Shown: positions 1-9,700 of the stretch, in pieces
Layout: each line of letters starts with the position of its first letter
Position numbering within the stretch: position 1 is the stretch's first letter
Source: a virus
Lineage: Duplodnaviria > Caudoviricetes
Direction: 5' to 3' (one strand)
Length of the DNA stretch: 39,664 nt
Virus record (IMG/VR): IMGVR_UViG_3300032212_000057
Location: 1 to 39,664 of that record
The notes under the pieces: model-generated
Databases searched by the model: none
What the model was told of the DNA's origin: nothing
The model's input: only the letters and a program-made list of their open reading frames with translations
Program-made: the position numbers and the translations under genes

Positions 1-352
1 ATTTAATTTTAGAGTTTAAATCGGCATATATATAACCTCTGTTTGGATTGGCTACCCCTCCTTCCAAGTCAAAGATAAAATTGTGATTACCAACTCCATT
101 TGTGTATGTAGTGGCAAATTCTACTTCTATTTCGTCACCAGCAGTCAGACTTAAAAGTGAAGCAAGACGTCCGAATTGTGAACCATCAAAGGTAGGGATA
201 TAACGCTCTGAAAGAACACCGCTGCTTTGGCCTATATTACCGTAAGCTCCGCCTTGCAATATTCCGCCGCGACCATATTTTCCGTCCAGTACCGCAGCGC
301 CTTTCCCATATTTTCCGCCTTGCAAAACAGCGTTCTTGCCGTATTGACTCAT
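1..352 (-). CDS. Partial ORF running off the window edge; probable virion/fibre-type protein with N-terminal YG(K/R)..LxGG repeats
   Basis: Hand translation MSQYGKNAVLQGGKYGKGAAVLDGKYGRGGILQGGAYG... is open to base 1; ATGA overlap with the stop of 349..693. Confidence 0.7.
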   Translation of the reverse strand, partial: MSQYGKNAVLQGGKYGKGAAVLDGKYGRGGILQGGAYGNIGQSSGVLSERYIPTFDGSQFGRLASLLSLTAGDEIEVEFATTYTNGVGNHNFIFDLEGGVANPNRGYIYADLNSKIK

Positions 353-693
353 GGTAGTGTTACGCTGATATCAGGATTTTCAACTGAAGGTGTCGTACCG
401 CCAGCGCTCGCACGAACAACAAGTCGTGCTTTGTGAGCAACAGCACCATAGACATCAAACTTTAAAACAGCGTTTGCAAGCTCAGCACTTGAAACACTAT
501 GCTCAGCCAGGTCGAATGGCCCCTTGCCATTAATCTGCCCTTCAAGTGCCACAGTCATACTGGTTGGGGTTCCTGATATGTTGGCAATAACGCTTAAATC
601 CATTTCCATATCCGTCCAATCTCCCAGATCAAACCATTCTGTTTCAGCTGTGCCGGATATAGAGATTGATGTTGGTGTCATTGGAAAACTCAT
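349..693 (-). CDS. Small beta-rich putative structural/decoration protein
   Basis: 114 aa with RBS (GAGGA); VALEGQING motif resembles 14778..15329 and 22798..23094. Confidence 0.6.
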   Translation of the reverse strand: MSFPMTPTSISISGTAETEWFDLGDWTDMEMDLSVIANISGTPTSMTVALEGQINGKGPFDLAEHSVSSAELANAVLKFDVYGAVAHKARLVVRASAGGTTPSVENPDISVTLP

Positions 694-716
694 AATAAAA
701 TCCTCTTGTTTAAAAA

Positions 717-1286
717 TTATTTTTTGTTCAATAGTCCGTACTTTTCAAGCTGTCTTCCACCTAGCCACCAGGTAACACATGTTACGGTTAAATAAAGCAC
801 CGTAGCAACAATCTGTTTAACAATCTCAATTGCTTCCGTTTGTGGAAAAGCCGCTTCTAGCCCTCCAATTAATTCAAGCATTGACCAATACATCGAGCTG
901 GTTAAAACAACTAAATATGCTGTTAAAGATGGACGCATCATGCCCCGGAAAAAATCAACGATACCAAAAAAGAACTGAGCAACTGGGCCCTGCTTTCCTT
1001 TAAAGTAAGCGGCTCGATCATGTTCGTATGAGGCGGCCAGCCCTGCAGCTGCATCTTTGCTGGCTTGAATATTTTGCTGTATTTCACCCTCAACCGTAAC
1101 TTTTTGAAGCTCGGCTTCAGACTCGGCGATTATCGCGGCAGAATTAAGGCTGACCATTGTTTCCTTGTGCCGATTTTCTTCTTTGTTTTTTTTGTAAGAT
1201 GTAAAGGCGCTAACCCCTAAACCGAATAACCCTGTAGCGCCACCAGATAAAACGCCGCCAATAATGTCCATAATTTCCATAATCAA
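717..1286 (-). CDS. Putative holin (3-TM, GTA-holin-like)
   Basis: Gly-rich N-terminal TM, two C-terminal TMs, RP...WWLGGR pattern; directly downstream of the DUF5675-like gene. Confidence 0.65.
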   Translation of the reverse strand: MIMEIMDIIGGVLSGGATGLFGLGVSAFTSYKKNKEENRHKETMVSLNSAAIIAESEAELQKVTVEGEIQQNIQASKDAAAGLAASYEHDRAAYFKGKQGPVAQFFFGIVDFFRGMMRPSLTAYLVVLTSSMYWSMLELIGGLEAAFPQTEAIEIVKQIVATVLYLTVTCVTWWLGGRQLEKYGLLNKK

Positions 1287-1711
1287 AACTCCCTCACAAT
1301 TAATTTAAACGGTTCTTTATTCATATGTTCAATAAAGTCACTCACGCATTCACGCGAACGAAAAATAGCTTGCTGCCCCTTAAGTTGACCAATGTCATGT
1401 CCTAACAGAATGCAGCCAAGCACGTTTGACTTAAAGCCCTTCGACTTGTCCCCCGCATAAATACCGGCATGCATTAAAACGCCGCTTCGCCCTTCAACCA
1501 GTTTTAACCAATACAAATCACGCCGACCACCAATACGCCGCTTAATCTTTACAAAAAGACATTCATATTCACCTGCAGGGATGCAGCTGATATTTTGTTG
1601 ATTATCTCGCCAGGGAAGCTCAAGCGTATGACAAAAAAAACCCGAAGCACTTATTATGCCTCGGGTTCCTTGGTCGCTTTTGTTATAGCGATATATCGTT
1701 GCGCTATTCAT
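1283..1711 (-). CDS. DUF5675-family protein, putative endolysin
   Basis: Motifs CHTLELPWRDN..SCIPAGEY, LMHAG, GCILLG; adjacent to the holin-like gene. Confidence 0.75.
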   Translation of the reverse strand: MNSATIYRYNKSDQGTRGIISASGFFCHTLELPWRDNQQNISCIPAGEYECLFVKIKRRIGGRRDLYWLKLVEGRSGVLMHAGIYAGDKSKGFKSNVLGCILLGHDIGQLKGQQAIFRSRECVSDFIEHMNKEPFKLIVREF

Positions 1712-1765
1712 TTTTGTAACATCACATTAAATAAACTTTTAACTTAAACATTTTTTTTCACCCGT

Positions 1766-1786
1766 AAAAAAACACCCGAAGGTGCC
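1766..1786 (-). terminator. Rho-independent terminator after the tail fibre chaperone gene
   Basis: Minus strand GGCACC-TTCG-GGTGTT followed by a T-run. Confidence 0.6.
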
Positions 1787-1811
1787 TGTGTTAATTAATT
1801 TTTATTCTTAA

Positions 1812-2258
1812 CTAAGTAGGTTTGGCAGGCCAAACAATATTCTCAGGTAAAGTACCGGCTGCTTTCGCGGCTGTTTCAATATCACGAACAGACTTTATCC
1901 ATACATTTGCTTCTCGAACGGGGATTAATTCAATCAATCCCGCGTACTCAGCTTGCGTGATCAGACCTAAGTTTAGTTGATCGGTACAATCAGCTGATAT
2001 TGATAAAAGCTTACGCTGCTCTAAATCGTCGTAAACAGACAATACATAAGCGTCGGCGGCATTTTTAATATCAGCAAGCCGTTTATCTTCAACGCCAGAA
2101 ACAGCTAAAGCTGCTGCCTTAGCGTCCATTTCTTTTTGTGTTGGTAAATCAGCACCAATGTATGTTTTAGCTATAGTTTCTAATGAAAAGAAATTAACTT
2201 CATTGCCTTCAAATTTAGCATCAGGACGTAAAATCATAAATATAATCGCGTTATTCAT
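1812..2258 (-). CDS. Tail fibre assembly/chaperone-like protein
   Basis: Follows the fibre gene with overlapping stop/start; ends in the IVWPAKP motif typical of Tfa-like proteins. Confidence 0.6.
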   Translation of the reverse strand: MNNAIIFMILRPDAKFEGNEVNFFSLETIAKTYIGADLPTQKEMDAKAAALAVSGVEDKRLADIKNAADAYVLSVYDDLEQRKLLSISADCTDQLNLGLITQAEYAGLIELIPVREANVWIKSVRDIETAAKAAGTLPENIVWPAKPT

Positions 2259-3685
2259 TACTTGACCTTTTTTATTTCCACTATCGTATAAAGCTCAGTT
2301 ACTCCACCAAAATTAGCAGCTCTGCCAAGCCCATTCCCTGTTACCGTGATAGCGCATTGATGTTGAATTTCAAAAGTTTTTGATGCTACGATCGTTACCC
2401 GCCCCCGAATGAGCGACGGCTCAGATCCTCCGCTCGCATTTGATGAATACGCAGAGCTACCAAAAATTTCATCGATCGAGTCTGTTACGTTTCTTAATTT
2501 GGCTCGATGCTCGTTTACAGCGTAAGCGGGAGAGTTTATTTCAAAATCATAAGTTCCTGCGTTTAAAGTGAATTGGTTTGATGTAAGCGTACAATTACCA
2601 CCAGTATCAGAATCTTTAACGTTTAAAGTTTTTGTTTGCCAAACCCCTTGTGTGAAAGTACCGCCGGCCGTCCCTTGTGCCTGAACTTCTGTTAGCTTGA
2701 TATATTCGCCACCAACAGGACTATCTAAACGATATTCGTCTGTAGAAAGGTTATATTTTCCTTTAGCAATGTCGCCCACTAAAAGATAGTTGGGTGTCAA
2801 TACATTGCCATCGTTATTCTTTAAATTTTTAACCGTGTTTGAACCCACTTTTAGTGTAGCAGCACCTGTGTTTGCAACCGTTACCGTAAACTCAAACGGC
2901 GATCCATCAACCAAAGATTGTGGTGCAAACTGCCCAGAGATAGGCGTTAATACATAGTTATTTGAAACCGCATTGTCAGTATATATCACACGCGGAAAAA
3001 ACTCGCTCGCGCCAACTGGAACAGGGTTTAATAATTCCCAAGAATCTATTGCAAGATTGTATTTTAAAATTAATTCATATCCTGATCTCGGGATATCTCT
3101 TGAGGCCAGCGGTTGGTTGCCGTGTTTAAAGATTGTTCTTGCGCCCTGCCCATCAGGGTTAAATGTTGGATCTGTCAGTGTGTTTGCATCTTTCGCGCGA
3201 AGAACTACCAATGTACCATCAAGCAAAGCGGTTAACCCTAAGTTTGCCGTAATAACATTAGCTGTTCCTGTTGCATCTCCTTTATAAATACGGATATTAA
3301 AATCAGCCAGCACAATCCATTTGTCCGAAGTTAAGTCTGTTGAAAAAATATCGGAGGTATGCGGAACCAAACAGGCATACAAAATATTGTCTTTCCAAAC
3401 TTTCTCATTTAACAAGTAATCTTTAGCCTCACCCCACACGCTAGTTGTGTTTAGAGCAATCGATACTTCAGACTTCAATTGTTCTATACCGATTGACTTA
3501 TTGGCTATTTCGGTATCATCACGCTGTATTAAAGCAAGATTGACTAAGATTTCATCCAGCGTTGTTTCAATATTTGCAAACTCAGTATCAACACCCGCAG
3601 TGTCAACAGTGCTGCGACCTGCAACGCTGTTGACTTCGTCTTGGCTAAAGTCTTTTGTCGTGTTGTAAGGTGTTGGTTGCGCCAT
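2258..3685 (-). CDS. Tail fibre / receptor-binding protein
   Basis: 475 aa, Thr/Gly/Asn-rich; two related LxDG...ANT...T modules and a beta-rich C-terminal tip; lies after the ejection proteins. Confidence 0.75.
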   Translation of the reverse strand: MAQPTPYNTTKDFSQDEVNSVAGRSTVDTAGVDTEFANIETTLDEILVNLALIQRDDTEIANKSIGIEQLKSEVSIALNTTSVWGEAKDYLLNEKVWKDNILYACLVPHTSDIFSTDLTSDKWIVLADFNIRIYKGDATGTANVITANLGLTALLDGTLVVLRAKDANTLTDPTFNPDGQGARTIFKHGNQPLASRDIPRSGYELILKYNLAIDSWELLNPVPVGASEFFPRVIYTDNAVSNNYVLTPISGQFAPQSLVDGSPFEFTVTVANTGAATLKVGSNTVKNLKNNDGNVLTPNYLLVGDIAKGKYNLSTDEYRLDSPVGGEYIKLTEVQAQGTAGGTFTQGVWQTKTLNVKDSDTGGNCTLTSNQFTLNAGTYDFEINSPAYAVNEHRAKLRNVTDSIDEIFGSSAYSSNASGGSEPSLIRGRVTIVASKTFEIQHQCAITVTGNGLGRAANFGGVTELYTIVEIKKVK

Positions 3686-3699
3686 TATTTACTCCCAAT

Positions 3700-3724
3700 A
3701 AAAAACCCGCTATAAGCGGGTTTT
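3700..3724. terminator. Hairpin terminator (possibly bidirectional) between the giant gene and the tail fibre gene
   Basis: AAAACCCGCT-ATA-AGCGGGTTTT. Confidence 0.7.
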
Positions 3725-3745
3725 GTTTGATTTATGTGTGTTGGT

Positions 3746-6700
3746 TTATTCATCGGCAAAGCGGCCTTTGTCTCGCAGGTGTTGCATGTTCTTGCGCAGG
3801 TACACGCCATTTTTTGTCATGGCGCTGGTGCGCGCGCGCATTTTTAACGAACGCTTTATACTGTTAACTGTAATGGCGTTGCCCGGGTTCTTTCTGTTGA
3901 ATTTACCGATATTTTGCATTATTTCTTCGTGCCAGGTCGTATCACCGTTATTAATGGCTATTGCTAACTGGTTCATTAACAGCTTACGACGATTATTAAG
4001 CCGTGACTCGGTGTTTTTAATGGCCGACTTCGCATCATATTGTTTATTAGCGCGACCTAAAGAAAACCCCATTGCCTGTTGAAATACTTCAAAGGCAGTC
4101 ACATCATCAATAATCGGATCCCCTTTAAAGTTGTTCACCCCTTCATCAGCGTAGCGGATTGCCTTCATGTCGTCTTTAAGGGCTTTCGGCATCATCGTTT
4201 CAATACCGCGTTGTACGTGCCCTTGCTGCATCATGCTGATACCTCTTGCCCAATTATCACCAATCGAGAAAGTTGGTCCTAGCATTTGAGTAATCCAATA
4301 TTGATACTCTTGTTTCATTTCTAAATCACGACTTGGAGGACGCAACCACAAATCACCCAGACTTAAACGATCACTAACACCTAACCCAGACCACGCTTCG
4401 GCAGGGCCTTTAGTAATAACATCCGACCAGGTTGAACCTAAATGCTCGGCTAAAAAATTACGGCGTTCTGCTTCAATGTCGTAAGGCTCATCTTCGTCAT
4501 CCCAAATCGCTTCAAGGATTAAATCAATCAGGCCAAAAGGAAGCCATGGCATACCGTCATAACCGACAAACAAGTAAGCCATAAAGAGAATGCCGCCCAG
4601 TTGTTTTCGCGCTTCTTTCTTAACTTCGGAGTTTTCATCTTTAACAGACTGATACGTTAAACGCGCTAATTTGTAGATCATGTTTAATGAGTATTGTTTA
4701 AAGATAAATGCCACCTTTGCAATATCGTTCTGCATAAAGGTGGCTTTGTTCGCGTTAGAATAATTAAAGTGAGTGTTATCTATCATGTCATACGCAGCTT
4801 GTGCCGCCGCGTCATGGCTCATGCCTTTTTTACGCGCCAATCGATAGGTGGCAATGCCGGTCACTTCACGATTAAACCGTTCTGCATGGTGAAAAGCATA
4901 ACTGATCACACCCATAGTTTTATCTTTTAACGGGCTATAAATTGCGCTTGGCGTTTCAGACATAGCCGCTAAATCATGTGCCAAAGTTTTATCAATAATG
5001 CCGGTATCCACCAAATGCTGATACGCTTTAAGTTCATCCCCCTTTAAGGCACCTTCAATGCTAAATAAACCATCTTTAAGTTTTATCCTGTTGCCCATAA
5101 ATTCACGCGAGGCACTTAACAGCTCTTTACCTGCTTTACCAAAACCAAACTTTGCACCCATTGCAGGGTAAGCCACTATCGCCGTTTGGCTCATATTCAC
5201 CATGGCTGCTGCAGGCGTTAACCCCAAGTACCAAACAAAATTAAACTGCGTAACGTTATTTGCCCAGGGAGCACCCATTGGGTTCATTGCCCAATCGTGA
5301 CGTTTTTTCGTTTCATTTAAAATTTGAGCCGCTTTATCAGCCTTTTCGCCCGACATATCACGCGCCTGCTCTTCCATGTTTTCAATTTGTGTTTGCAACA
5401 CATCGGCAAATTTTAATTTACTTAGCTGGTAAGCGCCGTGGAAATTGTGGTGTGAAAAAGCACGCAACGCATCATGCGTAAAGCCTTCGGTTTTTTGACG
5501 ATGAATAAAACTTTTGCGTACCGACATGTCCGGTAAGGTTGTTAAAAATAGCTGGTAAATTTCATCCTTCGCTTTATCGGCCATAGAGCCCGATATTGTT
5601 TTATCCACCACGCTTAAGATATCCGCAATAAAGCCCTCGCTCACAACGTCTTCACGTGCGCCCTTTTCAATCTTATAGCCTGTTTTAACCTTAAATCCTT
5701 GCCGTTCTTTTTTCTTAACCAGGTTATTACGCTGGCCAATTTTTTCAAACATATAAAACTCATAGTCCATAGACTTATCTGCAGCCGACTTAATTGCCTC
5801 TTCTTTCGAGTCAAACGTTTCGATAGCAGCTATACCTTCCTTGTAGGTTACCGCCCATTCGCCATGCTGTGAGTCTTTAGCTGTAAAGCCTTTGTTTTTA
5901 ACTGAATATTTTTTTTGCCATTCGCCGGGTATGAGCACCTTAGCCCAATAATCACCAAAACGAGTCAACGGGAAATAAGGTCCTTCAATACGAACAGATT
6001 CAAACCGTGCGCGCATTTCAGCTTTATACTGTGACTTTTCTTTGGCGCTCAATTCGGCGCGATCAATCTTATCCAGCAACGCTTGTTCAGTTTGGTTAAA
6101 CCGTTCAACGTAATGATCGCGCACTTCTTTATAGATATTTTTGGCTTCTTTAGGCAGCTTGTCATATTGACGCTTTAATGCGGGGTATGCCTTCGCTCTA
6201 TTTTTTTCAAAAGCAATTTTATCCCTTACTTCATTCGCTTTATTGATATACTTATTTGCTTCCCCAGACATCGACCTTGCGGCACGATGAGCTTTGGCAA
6301 TCTCTTCCTTAGCCTCAGCAAAATCAATAATTGAATTGTAAGGCTCTGCCGGGTCAACGCCGGCAATCGTGGCCGCATGCATGGTATCAACCATGGCATC
6401 CGCCGCTTGCCTGTTACCCTTCTCAAACGCCCACTTCGCCCAGCTTTTAGCTACCCCGGAAGATTCCGCGACTAACTCATTTCTAAACGCATCCATTTTT
6501 TCTGCCGTTAAAACATAGGTTTTAATGGTAGGTAAAACGTCTTGACCAATATCAGCCAAGTGCCGACGAGTAAGCAATTTCAACCACTGAGGCCGCGTTT
6601 TCGTATTCGCGTTTTTAATTTTGTCTTTAACATCTTCAAAGGTGGGGACGTTGCTGGCTTCCTCATCAATGTCATCCAGAATTTCATCAGGCTCGCGTGA

Positions 6701-9700
6701 GAAATACCGGTTATTGTCTTCTTGAGAAAACTGTTTCGCGTTATTTTTACGCTCGGTTTTTTCTTTGTTGGTACGGTTTGTTTCAAGGTTTTTAGCCGCA
6801 GCAACCACCAGCGCCTCAAGCTCCGTAGCTGTCCATTTTAAGGAGATACCCAGCTTGCGTAAAAACTTACGAATCGCCGCCACAACCTTAGTGAGCAGCG
6901 GGCTCTTAACGCCACGCTCCGCAACCAAGGCAACAATCTCTTTTGCTTCTGTAACCTTATCAAGCTTGCCGTAACGCTCATAAACCTCTTTGGAAATATC
7001 GGTCAGTTTTTTATCGCCCGACTTTTTAAGCCATTGAACACGTTCTAACACCTGGTCTAAATCATCCCCCATCATTTCCTCAAATGAATGATGCCCAACT
7101 GCCTCATGCGCCAAACGACTTAATACAAAATCTTTATCTTTTAATTTATCCGCTACCAGGTAAATTTGTTCTTCAGGGCCATAATGCACCGCGCTAACAT
7201 GTTCGACACCGTATTCATTCACATCAACAATATGTTCAGGAATATCTTTAATGCTTTGAACAACCTCAACCTTTGGTGCTTTATCACCCCACTTTAAAAT
7301 AACCGGGGCAATGATTTTTTCGATTTCACTTGTACTGAGTCCGGTAGGAATATCTTTTTCTTTAGAATAAAGCGCAACGCCTTTCTCTGTTTCTTTTGTT
7401 TCAATAATATTAAACAAGCTGTCAAACGATTCTTTAATTGGTGTCAACTCTTCAGGCTTTAGATATGGATATCTATTAGGATTTTTGCTGCCCCAGTCTT
7501 CAAACTCCTTCACATTAGAAAGGTAATCATTATCAAACCCTCTAAGTGACATTTCACCAATAACGTAGTTCTCAAACGATCTTGCTGCGCGCTCAATAAT
7601 GCGCGACCAATACCCTTCTTTACCTTTGTCCATTGTTAATGATCGCGCCATCATAGGCGACTGATTAAGGTTGTCGACCAGCTCAGCAAACGCCTCTTCA
7701 ACAACTGGCCGCACGCCTTTATTTTCTGATTTTACCCAGCCAGATTTAAACCAACCAGATTCAGGGTACTGTTCTTTTCTTCTTTCAAGTTCTGCCTGGG
7801 TTAATGAGCTTCCGTTTTTCTGCCACATAGGTTCGGGAGCGTAAGTGATATATGCCGTCTCACGAGTCTTACCCATCCCGGACTCACGGCTACGCTGAAA
7901 GTAATTATCAAGAGCATGAAACCATTCATGCGCCAACGATCCGGCACCCTTCGTTTTTGTCATATTAATAACGATATTGCTTGGCTCAAAGTGCGCCGAT
8001 GCGTTGCCTGAACCACGCGAACCTAACCCCAAACCAAGAGAGCCATTTAAAGATAGTGCTTTAGAGGGAACGCCCAATATATCTGACAAATCCATGAACG
8101 CATCATATACAGAATTAAGGAAATCAACCCGATCTCCTTTTCCTTGTCCCTGCTTGACCCACTTACCAAATTCTACTCCGCGAAAACCGAAGGCTTTCTC
8201 AAACATTTCTTTATCAGCATTTTTTCCTTTTCGGTGGTCTTTTCCTGTGCGGGGAGCATTAACGGCTTTTCGAGTTTCTTTTTTAGAAACGTTATCTCTT
8301 GCTTTTACATCTTCCCACGCCTGAAGCAAATCACTGTGATTATCGCTAATATATTCTCTTGCCTTTGCTAAATCATCAAATGACTTTAACGTTCTATACT
8401 CAGAGTCACCCTTTTTATTTATTTTGTATTTTCCTGCGCGCCCTCTAATCTCAAACTTCATCTTAGATTTCGCCGAGCCGTCCACACCGTCAAGTATTGC
8501 TTTTACATCTTCAACAGCTTCGTCGATGGATTTTTTACCATCAAATCGGTTATATCGGCCATCAATTGTTACAGAAATGTGGGGGCTGGGAATTTTATCA
8601 TAATCACCGTTATCGTTACGTTCTTCACTGTAACGGTATGAATCGGGGTATTCTGATGCAGACTTAATTCTATTCCACTGGTCACGATCTATTTTAGAGA
8701 GTAATTTAATCTTTGCGGCTATGTTTATTAATGCCGGATGCTTGTCTTGCATGCGTTCAAGCATGTCATCAAACGTTGTTTTTCCTTCTTCTATTTGATT
8801 TATAACACCAGAAACCAACATGCGATATGCTTTAACAGTATTAACCCAACGCTTAACTTTATATGACACGCGAGGTTTGCTAGGTATTTCGTTTCTAGCC
8901 ACTGTTACAAAAGCGGCTAAAGAAACATTTTCGATTTCATCTACTGATTTTTTAGGCCACACCTTACTTAATGGGAGCGACGCAATCTCATCATCACTAA
9001 ATTCTTTTGCAACAGTATCTTTAAGTAGCTTTGCTTTATCATCGCGAGATCCACCCAGCTTTTCGCCAAAGTCCTCTAAGCGAGATTTACTTGTTTCGCT
9101 ATCTTGTCGATATTCACTGTCGCTTTTATTTTCAGATTCAGATTCACCAGCCTGTTGAACCGAGACATCTTCACTCTCATTTTCCGAGTTACTTTCTTCA
9201 TTCTCCAAAACTTGTTTTTTCTGTTCATTCTCTTCAGGCTGTACATTTTTATTGTCCGTTTTATTTTTATCTAAATGAGAGGCCCATTTTTCATGCAGAG
9301 ATTGGGGATCCGATGTGAGATTGATACCTTTAGGGAATGGTATATTCAAACCAGCCACAGGTTTACCAAATTTATTTTCAAGCTCAAGATAATCATTATC
9401 TGAAAGCGAGTTAACCCACCTTATAGCCTTATTAGCTTCTTTATTTATAGGATGAGAGTTTTCACCTTCGTCGCGTTCATCTAATAAAATCCTTGATGTT
9501 GTAGGTTGATATTTTTTAAGTTCGTTTTCAGCCCACTTTTTAATATTAGTGGCTTCATTTTGAACCGTAACCCTTGAGTCATTTTTGATTGTGATATTTG
9601 ATGTAGCAATAACGTTTTCTAGTGAGTTTATTATTGCTGACTCTTTATTTTTATGGGGGAAAGTTTTCGTATTGCCAATATTAACCATATCCGAATCAAT

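Noticed and set aside
1-1711. Second att copy (tRNA-Glu 3' fragment) marking the left prophage end
   Set aside because: Not seen; the window begins inside a phage gene, so the boundary lies further left
2258-3685. Diversity-generating retroelement targeting the tail fibre (BPP-1-like virion module)
   Set aside because: No reverse transcriptase ORF and no TR/VR repeat pair seen in the window; the unseen left arm cannot be excluded
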